A program made the position numbers and the translations under genes. A model generated the notes under the pieces. That model was not told where the DNA came from and made no database searches. It saw nothing but the letters and a program-made list of their open reading frames with translations. This document shows, piece after piece, positions 10,442-20,685 of a stretch of DNA of 64,000 nucleotides. The stretch is from positions 32,001 to 96,000 of the forward strand of contig JBOEGF010000007.1 in assembly GCA_050633305.1 (NCBI GenBank), given 5' to 3'. Every line of letters starts with the position of its first letter. Positions within the stretch are counted from its first letter, which is position 1. Origin of the DNA: Nannocystales bacterium (GTDB taxonomy: Bacteria > Myxococcota_A > Polyangia > Nannocystales > Nannocystaceae).

Positions 10442-12913
10442 TCACTCGTCGCCGGCGGGGAACCCAAGCAGGGTTACATCTCCGTGGTGCCCTGGGATGC
10501 GGTCTTCGAGCAGCTTGGGAATGCTGTCGTAGCCTTTGCGCGCGATCCGTTTTTGGTGGAACGGACCCCATGACACGCTGTGGTGCCAGTGCCCCGTCTG
10601 CTTGAAGCCGCCCCGGGAGTTGGTCTGTAGCACCACGCTTTGCCCGTCCATCGGCAGGCCGAGGACGTTGGCCCGGTAGGCGTCCGTGACGGTTCCTCCC
10701 CACGAGGAGGGGGCGTTGGATGTGTAGTAGACGCGCACGGGAATACCGAGCTTGTCCGCGGCTGCGCCGACCTTCGCCAACGCGCCGCCATCGCGGAGCA
10801 AGTCGCCACCGACGACGCGCAGTCGCCCCTGCTGGACCAGGGTACGGATGTACGCGTAGTTCTTGTCGTGCGCCAGCCACCCGTAGTCGCCGGCTTTGGG
10901 CTTGGCCTTTCGCTTCTCTTGGTAGTAGGGCGCGAGCTTGTCCGCGGTGGCCATGAATCCGGCCCGCTGCCGCTTCCGCATCGTGTCGTCGCTGAACGCG
11001 GCATCGATCACCTTGAGCGCCTTGGCCCGACCAGCGGGTGCGAAGAAGGCGATGAAGTCGTCTGCCGTCTCGGCCGCTTCGATCAGCGCGAAGACTCGGC
11101 GGTGGTTGTTCACGACCCGGGGGTCGTAGTCCATCACCCACGCCCACTGTGATCGCGCGGCGGCAATGGTGCTGTAGTTCTGGTCGGAACCAATGCCCAC
11201 GTAGCCCCCAGCCAGGTTCTCCACGTAGTCGTTCCACAGGTAGGAGCGTGGCTCGTTGGTCATGATGTAGGGGAAGGGATCGCGACACGTGGTCTCGGAC
11301 CGCCCCCCTTTGGCCTGCGCGTCGCCCCAGGTCTCGCGGACTTTGGCACCGCAGATTCGCTTGTCCTCGATCGGGTCGTCCTCGACAGCCTCAACGATCT
11401 CGAGCGAAGCTTTGGATGGGGGCTCGAGGGTGGCCGGCACGTGCCGCTGCGCGGTGAGTTGCGCGGGCGGGTAGGTGGTGAGGTAGGGATTCTCCGTGGC
11501 GCACCGCATCCCCAGCCGGTGACTTCCAGTCTTCAGCTTCTCCAGCCGTCGGTGCGAACCGCGGGTTCGATGCTTGGGCCAGTACCAGCTCCCTCCGCGA
11601 AGGATGCGCTGTCCCTTGCACGGAAACGCGCCGTCGCACAGTCCCTGGGGGTCGAGTCCGTTGCACGCCTCGCCGCACGCTTCGACGCTCTCGATCCCCG
11701 CGCTGGATGTCCACTCGTAGCCGTTGCCCGCCATCTCGTGCAGGCCATAATGCCCTGCGGGGAACGAGCCGACCGGTTGGGTCGCGTGTTCGTTGCAGTC
11801 CCAGCGGTGGGCCTTTCCCGCGTAGGGCTTGCAGCCGTAGGGCGCACATTCTCGGAAGACCGCTCGTTCGCAGGTCGGCTCCTCGTCGCCCCACGGGTAG
11901 AGTTCGCCGTCGGGTCCGCGGGCTGCTTTCTCCCACTCCCACTCGGTCGGCAGGCGCTTGCCCGCCCAGGCGCAGTAGCCCCGTGCACGGTGCCAGTCCA
12001 TCGGCATCGCGGGCTGATCGTCGGCGACGAACGGCTTCATGATGTTCTGGGTCCGGTTGATCCGGACCTTGCACGCCCCCGCTTCGTGACACGCGTCGTA
12101 CTGCGCGTTGGTCACTTCGTAGCGGTCGACGTAGACGGTGCTGACAATGAGCTCCCGCTGGGGCGCCTCTTCGGGAAGGCCGTCGTCGTACCCCACAATC
12201 GCCGGACCGCCCGGGATGCACACCATGTCCTTAGGGGCGGGGACACAGGGGGCGAACGCGAACGAGAGCACGGCCGTCGCGCCGGCTTTGGTCACCGCAG
12301 TCGATGCTTCGAGCAGAGTTTTCGCGGTTGCAGAGTCGAGCAGGTCGATCGCGACGGTGGGGCCGGCGCTCGAAAGGGCGCTCGCCATGGCCTCCAGGGT
12401 GTCGCCCGCGTCGGTGCGGGCGTCGTCGCGGTACAGGACCCACCCCGAGCCACGAGCACGGAGGATCGGCGAGGCGTCGTCGGCCGCGGGTCGGTTCACC
12501 ACGACGGCGTAAGCATCGAGCTTGAGCTGGATGCCGGTGCCAGGTGCGATCGTGCTCGCCCACACCTGCCGAAGTGCGCCCACCGTGCTGTCCGCCTCGG
12601 CACTGAGGATTCGTTCACGCGCGCCCGCGAAGGCGGTCTGCAGGTCGGGATGGTCGTAGACCGCTTGGTACGCGTCGTCTACGCGACCGGGTGCCTCGAT
12701 GGGGCGCAGGGGCACAGGGGGCTCCTCACCGATTCGAAGCTCGTTGCCCTGGAGTTTGAGCGTCACCACGTCCGGACGCACAATCGCGGGGGAGCTCTGA
12801 GAGTCCGCCTCTTGCGGGGTTGGGGCGGGGAGCTCGGGCTCGACCGCAGGCCGAGGCGCGGGCTCCTGGCAGGCGGCAGCGAGGGCGCAGAGCAGCAGCG
12901 AGGCGCGACGCAT
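10442..12913 (-). CDS. Lipoprotein with FGE-sulfatase (SUMF1/EgtB/PvdO) domain and an additional C-terminal domain
   Basis: LAAA-C lipobox; EVTNAQY, RLPTEWEWEKAARG, MAGNGYEW, RGGSW, GMRCA; C-terminal GGYVGIGSDQNY domain. Confidence 0.85.
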   Translation of the reverse strand: MRRASLLLCALAAACQEPAPRPAVEPELPAPTPQEADSQSSPAIVRPDVVTLKLQGNELRIGEEPPVPLRPIEAPGRVDDAYQAVYDHPDLQTAFAGARERILSAEADSTVGALRQVWASTIAPGTGIQLKLDAYAVVVNRPAADDASPILRARGSGWVLYRDDARTDAGDTLEAMASALSSAGPTVAIDLLDSATAKTLLEASTAVTKAGATAVLSFAFAPCVPAPKDMVCIPGGPAIVGYDDGLPEEAPQRELIVSTVYVDRYEVTNAQYDACHEAGACKVRINRTQNIMKPFVADDQPAMPMDWHRARGYCAWAGKRLPTEWEWEKAARGPDGELYPWGDEEPTCERAVFRECAPYGCKPYAGKAHRWDCNEHATQPVGSFPAGHYGLHEMAGNGYEWTSSAGIESVEACGEACNGLDPQGLCDGAFPCKGQRILRGGSWYWPKHRTRGSHRRLEKLKTGSHRLGMRCATENPYLTTYPPAQLTAQRHVPATLEPPSKASLEIVEAVEDDPIEDKRICGAKVRETWGDAQAKGGRSETTCRDPFPYIMTNEPRSYLWNDYVENLAGGYVGIGSDQNYSTIAAARSQWAWVMDYDPRVVNNHRRVFALIEAAETADDFIAFFAPAGRAKALKVIDAAFSDDTMRKRQRAGFMATADKLAPYYQEKRKAKPKAGDYGWLAHDKNYAYIRTLVQQGRLRVVGGDLLRDGGALAKVGAAADKLGIPVRVYYTSNAPSSWGGTVTDAYRANVLGLPMDGQSVVLQTNSRGGFKQTGHWHHSVSWGPFHQKRIARKGYDSIPKLLEDRIPGHHGDVTLLGFPAGDE

Positions 12914-12943
12914 CGCGCTTCGATACCACGGAGGCCGGCTTGC

Positions 12944-13714
12944 CTACTCGAACTTGGAGAAATCGGGGGCGCGCTTCTGGAAGAAGGCCTGCATGGCCTC
13001 CGCGGCTTCAGGTGATCGCAGTCGCTCCAGGAAGAGCTCCCCCTCGCGGTCCATGGAGGCATGCAGCATGTCGCGGTGGGCCCGGCTGATCAGGGACTTG
13101 GTCAGGCGTACCGATGCTGGGGGCAGGGCGGCGACCTTGAGGGCGACACTTCGGACCCGCTCGTCGAGGTCGCCGGGGGAGAGGACCTCGTTGACCAGTC
13201 CGATGTTCAACGCCGTCGCGGCATCGAAGGCCTCCCCGAGCAGCAGTAGCTCGGTGGCTTTCACGCGCCCGGCAAGTCGAGGCAGCAGGTAGCTCGAGCC
13301 AGCTTCGGGACACAAGCCCAGGGGGACGAAGGGCATCTTGAACTTCGAGCGGTCCGAGCAGTAGACGAGGTCGCAGTGCATCAGCAGCGTGGTGCCGATG
13401 CCCACGGCGACGCCGTTGACGGCGGCGATCACCGGTGTGCTCAGCTGTGGGAGCAGACCGAGAACTCTGCCGACCGGAGAGTCCATGGTGCTGGGCGGAT
13501 CTCGCATGAAGTCGCCGAGGTCATTCCCCGCGGTGAAGCTCCCACCCTCGCCTCGGATGACGACCGCCCGTACCGCGGAGTCTTTTTCGCCCTGCTGCAG
13601 CTGGCTGAACAGCGCGTCGTACATCGCCATCGTCAGCGCGTTCTTCTTCTCCGGGCGGTTGAACGAGATCGTGAGCACGTTCTCGGACAGCTCGTGGGTG
13701 AGCACTTCAGGCAT
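12944..13714 (-). CDS. Enoyl-CoA hydratase/isomerase
   Basis: NRPEKKNAL, FTAGND, AVNGVAVGIG, LGLCPEAGSS. Confidence 0.93.
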   Translation of the reverse strand: MPEVLTHELSENVLTISFNRPEKKNALTMAMYDALFSQLQQGEKDSAVRAVVIRGEGGSFTAGNDLGDFMRDPPSTMDSPVGRVLGLLPQLSTPVIAAVNGVAVGIGTTLLMHCDLVYCSDRSKFKMPFVPLGLCPEAGSSYLLPRLAGRVKATELLLLGEAFDAATALNIGLVNEVLSPGDLDERVRSVALKVAALPPASVRLTKSLISRAHRDMLHASMDREGELFLERLRSPEAAEAMQAFFQKRAPDFSKFE

Positions 13715-13844
13715 GGCCACGCAGGCTACCTGGGTTTTGGCCTGCAAAAGCCCCTGGCGGGCCTGCGCCACCTTCTGGGCGTGGTAGGCGCGGTCTCGGC
13801 GGCCGAATCCAACGCGGGAGACCGACCGCGGTAGAGTTGTGGAA

Positions 13845-15551
13845 GTGACGCAAGGCGCCGAGTCCTCCGCATCGAAGCCCCCGATTGTCGTCGAGCCTCC
13901 TGCGGGTGGGTTCGACCGACCCGGCATGCGGACGCTGGTGAAAGAATCCGGTCTGGCCAAGGTGATGCACGCGTACGTGCGCGCGCCGTTCGGACACACG
14001 GTCACGACGCTCGGGGCACTCGAGGCCGCGACGGAGTCGTGCGACCTAGCCCTTGCGGTCGGCGAGGCGATGCACGCTGCCCTGCTCGAAGACATCGCCC
14101 GCAGCGGCAGCTTGGCGATCCCAGAGCCAACCCTCGACCAGCGCTTGTTCATCGGCGCCTTCGCATTGACGGCGCTCGCGGATGAACTCTGCCCGCGGCT
14201 CGCCGAGATCGCGCCTGTGCCCGACCCCTCGTCGGACCTCGAAGCGGAGGGTCTGGAGACGCTGCTCGAGCACGCTCCGCGCGCGTTGTTGGAGCGTGTG
14301 TTGAAGATGGCGGCGCGATACGTCGAGGTGCAGCAAAAACGTCACGCGGGCGCAGGTGGGTCGGATTTGCTCGAGCGCCAAGCCTGGGTGGTCACGACGA
14401 TGCATGCGTTCGTTGTGCAGCTACGAGGGGCGGTGGAGCGCCTGACCCACGGCGGCCGACTTCGTCCTTTTGGTGTCGCCTTGGCACAGCGGATGGTGAC
14501 CGTCGGCACTCGTCGATACGAGGGGTTTCGGGCCCGACCGGTCGGAGACCCCGTCACCGACCTCAAGCCGATCGCGGTCGAGGACATCGTGGGCAACACC
14601 GATTACGTGGAGGCGGCGCTCAAGTTGGCGCGCGATGTGGCCGCGTACGACCTTCAGGCGGGCAGCAGCGCGAAGCGCATCAACCCGGTGTTGTTTGCGT
14701 TGGGTCGGCCCGGCTGCGGGAAAACCATCACCGCCCACGCGATCGGCAACTACTTTCTCGACTACTGCCGTCAGCGGGACATCCCCGCCCGGTTCCGGGT
14801 CATTCGTCGCACCGACTGGGCCAGCTCGTACCAGAACGCGAGCGCGTCCTCGTTGATCAAGATCTTCAAGGAGGAGGTCTATGGCTTCGATGGTGTGTGC
14901 GGCGTGTACTGGGCCGACATCGATACCGCGTTCGCGAGTCGAAGCAGTGGCGACCTCCGCATGGAGGAGAAGAACAACCTCGGCGCGGTGTTCGGCATCT
15001 TTGATGGGACCCTCATCCCGAAGGATGGAAAGTGGTTCATGATGTGCGACGCCAACTTCATGCAGATGGACGAAGCGACCACCTCGCGGATCGCCCAGAA
15101 CCCGTTTCGTGTACGCGGTCCCACGACGGCCGAGGACTACGTCCGCTTGCTGCGCGACGTCTTGCTGAGGGAGGAAACCGCCAACATCACGGCGAGCCCC
15201 GAGCAGTGGCTCGAGATCGGGGCGCAGTGTGTTCAGGCAGATCTCTCCGGGCGCGCGGTCGAGTCTGTGTCGGGGAACGTGCGGGCTGCGATCCAGGACT
15301 TCGAGTACCCGGACCACTACTTCGCCGCCGACTTCGAGACACGCCAGCGGTTGCTGAGCGAGTTGTCGGTCAAGGTCGATGCCGACGCCGTTCTCAAGGA
15401 GGTCAGTGACTACGTCGAGTTCCAGAAGGAGGCCGAAGAGTCGGCGGCCGCAAGTCGGTTCGAGCAAGAGGTGTCGCAGATGGTGGAGCGGCTCAACGCT
15501 GGCCGAGCGGCGGCGGAGCGCTTGGCCGCATCGGAGTCGACCTCGGATTGA
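13845..15551 (+). CDS. AAA+ family ATPase with atypical Walker B
   Basis: Walker A GRPGCGKT; Walker B position reads GVYWADID. Start could be GTG 13839 or 13845. Confidence 0.85.
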   Translation: MTQGAESSASKPPIVVEPPAGGFDRPGMRTLVKESGLAKVMHAYVRAPFGHTVTTLGALEAATESCDLALAVGEAMHAALLEDIARSGSLAIPEPTLDQRLFIGAFALTALADELCPRLAEIAPVPDPSSDLEAEGLETLLEHAPRALLERVLKMAARYVEVQQKRHAGAGGSDLLERQAWVVTTMHAFVVQLRGAVERLTHGGRLRPFGVALAQRMVTVGTRRYEGFRARPVGDPVTDLKPIAVEDIVGNTDYVEAALKLARDVAAYDLQAGSSAKRINPVLFALGRPGCGKTITAHAIGNYFLDYCRQRDIPARFRVIRRTDWASSYQNASASSLIKIFKEEVYGFDGVCGVYWADIDTAFASRSSGDLRMEEKNNLGAVFGIFDGTLIPKDGKWFMMCDANFMQMDEATTSRIAQNPFRVRGPTTAEDYVRLLRDVLLREETANITASPEQWLEIGAQCVQADLSGRAVESVSGNVRAAIQDFEYPDHYFAADFETRQRLLSELSVKVDADAVLKEVSDYVEFQKEAEESAAASRFEQEVSQMVERLNAGRAAAERLAASESTSD

Positions 15552-15583
15552 TTGCGCGACGAGCCGCGTGGCATGATCGACAC

Positions 15584-15979
15584 ATGGAGGAAGGGACGCT
15601 CGAGGGGATACCGCCGTCTGCAGCAAGTACGTTCTCCCGCTTGCTTTCCGTCGCGGCTCGCGATGCGGAGGTTCTACGTCGGTCCGTCGACCGCTACCTG
15701 GAGACGATCATCGAAGCGGCGCAAACCCGTACTCATCTCGACACCAAGCTGGCGGCAGCGATCGCCAGCAGCTGTCACGGGTTGATCGACGAGCTGCCCA
15801 CCGCGTCCGCCGAAAACGGCCGAAGGATCGTCGCGGCTGTCGAGTACTTCCTGCTTCCACGGGACGGCGAGGACGACCTTGCCTACATCGATGGGCTGGA
15901 CGACGACGCAATGGTCGTCACGGCGGTTGCTTCAACCCTCGGTCGCCCCGAACTCTCCGTTCCGATTCCTGTACGCTGA
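15584..15979 (+). CDS. YkvA/DUF1232-like protein
   Basis: AAVEYFLLPRD...GLDDDAMVV motif. Confidence 0.7.
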   Translation: MEEGTLEGIPPSAASTFSRLLSVAARDAEVLRRSVDRYLETIIEAAQTRTHLDTKLAAAIASSCHGLIDELPTASAENGRRIVAAVEYFLLPRDGEDDLAYIDGLDDDAMVVTAVASTLGRPELSVPIPVR

Positions 15980-15993
15980 CGCCGCGTCCTCTC

Positions 15994-17208
15994 GTGAACG
16001 CCCCGCTCAAGCCAGGAGACCGCTACGAAGACTTCGAGCTGCGCAAGCTGCTCGGCGTTGGCACATTTGCGTGGGTCTACGAAGCGACCTCGAGCAAGTT
16101 CCCCGATCCCGTTGCGCTGAAAATCTCGCGTTCGCCGGTGACCGATGAGGGCACCGCCCTGCGTGCCCTTCGGGAGATCAGGATCCTCAGCTCGCTGTCG
16201 AATGCCCACGTGGTGCATGTCTACGATCACGGGTTGGGCCAGGACGAACGCTGGTTTCTCGTGATGGAGCTGCTCCAGGGTCGAGACCTGGGAGCCCACC
16301 ACGACTTCGATGCTCCTCTTCCGCCCGACGAAGCGGTGCGCATCATCTATCAGGCGTGCCTCGGACTCGACGAGGCACACCGCAGTGGAGTTGTTCATCG
16401 GGACGTGAAGCCGGGGAACATATGGATCCAAGAGGACGGCAACGTGAAGGTGCTGGACTTTGGCCTCGCCCGATCGTGGGAGGGCGACTCCATCATGGCT
16501 GCCAACGCGACGCAGTCCCACATGCTGGTCGGGACCCCGCACTACGCCCAGCCCGAGCAGGTGATCCACGGAAAACTGTCGCCAGCGAGCGACGTCTATA
16601 GCCTTGCGTTCGTTCTTTACGAGCTGCTGACCGGGTGCACGCCGCTGTGGGCGGAGCGTCCGGTCACCGCCATCCGGCGGGAGATGGAAGGAGAGCCGTT
16701 GACGTGGCTGGGTGCGCACACCGAACGCCCGGCGGTCGACCTGGCTCACTATCCTCAGGGGCGCGCGCTCACGCCCGAGCTGCGCGCGCTGATGGCCGCA
16801 TGTCTCGACAAGGACCCCGCCAAGCGACCTGCCACTGCAGGGGAGTTTGCAAACCGCCTGTCCTGGGCTCTGCCGCCGGAGTACGGAGGGGTGCGGGGCA
16901 CCCGTGGCGTGGTGCTCGAAGAACATCGAGGCGGGACGGCGTTTCCCAGGCGTCACCTGCTGGGTCCGGGCCTACACCGGATTGGCCTTGGCGCGTGCTG
17001 CAAGGTCGAGTTGGACGCCGATGCGGTCGGTTGGATCTTCGCGGCCCTTCGCTGGGACGGGGGCGACTCGACGCCGATTCTCGAGCCGCGGCGGAACGAT
17101 GGCTTCGTTCAAGTCGATGGCAAGTCGATCACCAGCCCGACACGCCTACGCCCCGGAGCTACGCTGACCTTCGGCGAGTGGGCGCTATCGTGTCAGGGCG
17201 TCGCCTGA
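15994..17208 (+). CDS. Ser/Thr protein kinase with C-terminal FHA-like domain
   Basis: LGVGTFA, VALK, HRDVKPGN, DFG, GTPHYAQPE; C-terminal GFVQVDG...LRPGATLTFG. Confidence 0.9.
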   Translation: MNAPLKPGDRYEDFELRKLLGVGTFAWVYEATSSKFPDPVALKISRSPVTDEGTALRALREIRILSSLSNAHVVHVYDHGLGQDERWFLVMELLQGRDLGAHHDFDAPLPPDEAVRIIYQACLGLDEAHRSGVVHRDVKPGNIWIQEDGNVKVLDFGLARSWEGDSIMAANATQSHMLVGTPHYAQPEQVIHGKLSPASDVYSLAFVLYELLTGCTPLWAERPVTAIRREMEGEPLTWLGAHTERPAVDLAHYPQGRALTPELRALMAACLDKDPAKRPATAGEFANRLSWALPPEYGGVRGTRGVVLEEHRGGTAFPRRHLLGPGLHRIGLGACCKVELDADAVGWIFAALRWDGGDSTPILEPRRNDGFVQVDGKSITSPTRLRPGATLTFGEWALSCQGVA

Positions 17209-17258
17209 GTGCATCGGAGTCGAGCGCCGCGGGCTGCACCCGGATCGGTCGCGGCGAC

Positions 17259-18704
17259 TCATGGATTCGCGCGACGGTTCGCCACCAACAGCAGCGCCAG
17301 CCCCAACGCCGTGCTTCCGAGAATCGCCCACGCGGCGGATACGGCCGGGTTCGGGAGCACTCCGCTCAGATGCAGGCTGAAGTGCAGCCCCAAGGCGAAG
17401 GAGGACGCGAGCGCGACGGGGACGACCGGGAGCGCGTCCCGTCGGAGCACGCCGAAGACCAAGGGCACGAACGAGGCCGCGGCGAGGCCATAGACGCCCT
17501 TCTGGGCGAAGAGGCCGATCAAGGCCGGCGGATCGATCGCGAGCATGAACGCGATGAGGCCGATGATGACCACAGCCCACCGCGACGCCGCGAGTGCCTT
17601 CTGGGGGTCGGCGTCACGTCTGCGTCCTCGGAGGTACAAGTCATGGGTCACCATGGCCGAGACCGCGACCAAGATGCCGTCGAGTGTCGACATGCCCGCG
17701 GCGAGCAACGCGACGAACACCGCTGAGGTCAGGCCCTCGGCCAGCATCCCGCTGCCGAAGGCCGTGCTCACGTATGCGGTCACAATGTGGTCCTGACCAC
17801 CCTGCGGGACTTCGATCCCATCGAGCCGAGCGTAGAAGCCGACGAACAGGCACAGGCTAAACAGTGCTCCGACGCCAAACGTCGTGAGCAGGAACGTGCG
17901 CAAGTCCCTGTCCGAGCGCAGGTAGAGGACCTTGGTAAGGACATGGGGCTGGAGCATCAGCGCGAACGTGACCACGAAGCCGCTGACGAACACGGCGAAC
18001 ACGTCGCCATACAAGACGCTGTCGGGGTTGGCCACGGCGGCATAGCTGGGGTCGACGGCTCGCAGGCGGGAGAGGAAGCCGCCGTCCGAGATGTGCTCCC
18101 ACCCAGTGGCAAACAGGGCCACCGCGACAGCCATCATGAGGAACGCCTGGGCCGCATTGGTATAAGCGTGGGCGTAGGTGCCGCCCAACAACACGTACCC
18201 GAACACGACGACCACCACGGCGATCAGCGCAGGTACATGGCCCAACCCGGTGAGCTGCGTGAGGAGGATGGCGCAGCCGAACAGAATCAGCACGATGAAG
18301 GCGATGCTCAGCAGGTTGATGATCGCGAAGAACAGTCCGAACGCATCGCTGCCGTATCGTTGGCGAATCCAGTCTGGAATCGTCAGGGCGCCGATCTCAT
18401 CTCCGAACCGGCGGAAACCTCTGCTCACCGCGATCAAGCCGACGATCACCCCCGCTTGGGCAGCGACGCCATAGTGGAGGAACGCGGAGAGCCCGTCGGT
18501 GTAGACGAACCCCGGGTTGATGACGAAGGTCGCGGTGGAGGCGATCGATGAGGCCATGGCAACCCCGACGAGCACGGGGTTCATGTCGCGGTTGCCCACG
18601 GCGAAGCTCGACAAGGACGTTGTCTTCTTCATGCCCGCGACCCCAAGCCACGCGAGCAGTCCGAGGTACGCCACGAGGAGAACGGTGGTGACGAGGGTGC
18701 TCAT
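17259..18704 (-). CDS. Sodium:solute symporter (SSS family)
   Basis: Polytopic; FAVGNR, ASTATF, TIPDWIRQRYG, AAGMSTLDG. Confidence 0.9.
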   Translation of the reverse strand: MSTLVTTVLLVAYLGLLAWLGVAGMKKTTSLSSFAVGNRDMNPVLVGVAMASSIASTATFVINPGFVYTDGLSAFLHYGVAAQAGVIVGLIAVSRGFRRFGDEIGALTIPDWIRQRYGSDAFGLFFAIINLLSIAFIVLILFGCAILLTQLTGLGHVPALIAVVVVVFGYVLLGGTYAHAYTNAAQAFLMMAVAVALFATGWEHISDGGFLSRLRAVDPSYAAVANPDSVLYGDVFAVFVSGFVVTFALMLQPHVLTKVLYLRSDRDLRTFLLTTFGVGALFSLCLFVGFYARLDGIEVPQGGQDHIVTAYVSTAFGSGMLAEGLTSAVFVALLAAGMSTLDGILVAVSAMVTHDLYLRGRRRDADPQKALAASRWAVVIIGLIAFMLAIDPPALIGLFAQKGVYGLAAASFVPLVFGVLRRDALPVVPVALASSFALGLHFSLHLSGVLPNPAVSAAWAILGSTALGLALLLVANRRANP

Positions 18705-18706
18705 GG

Positions 18707-19609
18707 TCAGGCTCCAATCGGCGCGGCGGTTGTGCTGGGCAGGACTCGGTCGATGAACTCCAACACCGTGGTGTTCCAGGCGTCCGCGGCCTCGAACTGG
18801 GCGATGTGCCCTGCGTTTCGCAACACGGCCAGCTCGGTGTCAGGCATGCGAGGTAGCTCTGCGCGCACCAGTTCGGCCGCGGTGCCTCGGTGAAGCACGG
18901 GGTTGGGGATCAGCTTGTCGTCGTCCCCGAACAGGATCAGGGTCGGCGCCCCGAGGCGGCCGAGGTCGGCATGAACGGGCTCGTTGAGCATGCCGCGAAC
19001 GCTGTGCTTGATGACGTGGCAGTAGGCTCGGAACTTGCGAGCACTTCGAATCGCGATGCGGTCCGCCACGAGAAAACCCGCGTCGTCGGGCATGTTGTGA
19101 AAGTTCGCCTCCTGTCGGGCCCGGATCGTCGACTTCGTGGCGTAGCGTGTGAATCCAGGCGTGACCAGGGAGGCGATGAACGCGGACTCCGCAGGCCCGA
19201 ACGTCTCGATCCCGGCGGGGGAGGAGAGGACCAGCGCCGAGACACGCTCGGGCGCCTGGAGGGCGAGGTGCATGCTCACCTGGGCGCCCATCGAATGTCC
19301 GACGAGGATGGCTTGGGGGACTTGAAGCTTGTCCAGCAGTCCGCGGACCGTGTCGGCGAAGAACCGCATCGAGTAGCTCGCGCGTGGCTTGTCCGACTTT
19401 CCGTACCCCGGAAGGTCGAGTGCGATCACGCGGTGTCGCTGTGCCAACACCTCGATGTTCTTGCCCCACATCGGGATGTAGCCGCTGAGCCCATGAATGA
19501 GCACCAGTGGCACATCGCCGCTGCCCTCGTCGGCGTACGCGATCCGTAGGCCGTGGACGTCGGCCCATGCGACGTCGAGAGGGTAGTGGAGGTCCAGGAA
19601 CGATTGCAT
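18707..19609 (-). CDS. Alpha/beta hydrolase
   Basis: LIHG, DLPGYGKS, GHSMG nucleophile, DKLI, AGH. Confidence 0.92.
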   Translation of the reverse strand: MQSFLDLHYPLDVAWADVHGLRIAYADEGSGDVPLVLIHGLSGYIPMWGKNIEVLAQRHRVIALDLPGYGKSDKPRASYSMRFFADTVRGLLDKLQVPQAILVGHSMGAQVSMHLALQAPERVSALVLSSPAGIETFGPAESAFIASLVTPGFTRYATKSTIRARQEANFHNMPDDAGFLVADRIAIRSARKFRAYCHVIKHSVRGMLNEPVHADLGRLGAPTLILFGDDDKLIPNPVLHRGTAAELVRAELPRMPDTELAVLRNAGHIAQFEAADAWNTTVLEFIDRVLPSTTAAPIGA

Positions 19610-19626
19610 GGGTCAGATCCTCGGAC

Positions 19627-20661
19627 TCAGATGCGGCGTTTCGTGACAGGGAGGACCGTGGGGGCTGTGTTCCAACGCCAGGCCGTGCAGCCCATCGAAA
19701 GCCCGCCTCCGGTGGCGCAGAACACGACGAGCGCATCATCGTCCAACGGCGTTTTCGCAATCGCGTCGTCGAAGGCCGCGGGGATACAGGCGCTGCCGAG
19801 GTACCCCCACTTGTCCATCACCATGTGCGTTCGATCCATCGGGACATGCAGACGGTCCATCACGGTTTCGATCGTACGCGCGTTGAGTTGTGTGAAGATG
19901 AACAGCGAGACGTCCTCGACCGCACTTCCGGACTTCGCGAGCGTGTCGGCGATCAGTGTGGGCCAGCGATCCGCGTTGAACGTCGCCGGAAATTTTCGGA
20001 CGAAGCGGACAGTGGGTGGACCGGACTGGGCGACGTTGGTTGCGGTTGCGGGGCGTGCGGTGCCGCCGGTGTAGATGCCCAATGCGTCGTGGAACTGACC
20101 GTCGGCTTCGAGCTTGCCTCCGAGGTACCCGGGCTCCTGAGTCGCGCCCACCACGACGGCGCCCGCTCCATCGGCGAACAACGTCGCGGTCTTCTTGTCG
20201 TCCCAGTCGAGGTACCGCGTCATCCCGTATCCGCCGCACACGAGCACTCGGTTGATGTCGGTGTCGGTGGCGATGTAACGCGCGGCGATGTCGAGGGCGC
20301 TGACCCACCCCGCACAGGCGGCATTCACGTCGAAGACCCCAGCGTTCGGAGCTCCGAGTTTGTGCTGAACCACGGAGGCCGTCGAGGGGCTGAGGTAGTC
20401 CGGGGTGTCCGTCGCGACAATGATCAGATCGAGGTCGGTGGCGGAAACGTCGGCCCGTTCGAGCGCTTGCTTTGCAGCGTGGACAACTAAGTCTGAGGTC
20501 ACCTCGTCGTGCGCCATCACGTGGCGGGACTCGATTCCGACGTTTTGGACGAGCCAGTCGCTGACGGGTTTTTCGAAACGAGCGTCGAAGTAGGCGTTGT
20601 CGATACGCCGGGCTGGGATGTACCGCCCACTGCTGAGGATCTGCGCGTTGCGTCCAAACAT
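19627..20661 (-). CDS. KAS III (FabH-like) family protein with non-canonical catalytic residues
   Basis: GIESRH, TDTPDY, NAACAGW (Cys), LFADGAGA; FTQLN and WGYLGSAC where HQAN and GNTS are canonical. Confidence 0.88.
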   Translation of the reverse strand: MFGRNAQILSSGRYIPARRIDNAYFDARFEKPVSDWLVQNVGIESRHVMAHDEVTSDLVVHAAKQALERADVSATDLDLIIVATDTPDYLSPSTASVVQHKLGAPNAGVFDVNAACAGWVSALDIAARYIATDTDINRVLVCGGYGMTRYLDWDDKKTATLFADGAGAVVVGATQEPGYLGGKLEADGQFHDALGIYTGGTARPATATNVAQSGPPTVRFVRKFPATFNADRWPTLIADTLAKSGSAVEDVSLFIFTQLNARTIETVMDRLHVPMDRTHMVMDKWGYLGSACIPAAFDDAIAKTPLDDDALVVFCATGGGLSMGCTAWRWNTAPTVLPVTKRRI

Positions 20662-20685
20662 GACGAGTGGTTCATGTTTCATATA

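Noticed and set aside
11441..13015. Long antisense ORFs (also 3871-5295, 9183-10430, 47658-49451, 54593-56074 and others)
   Set aside because: Expected in GC-rich DNA opposite well-supported genes; Arg/Gly/Pro-biased with no domain motifs.
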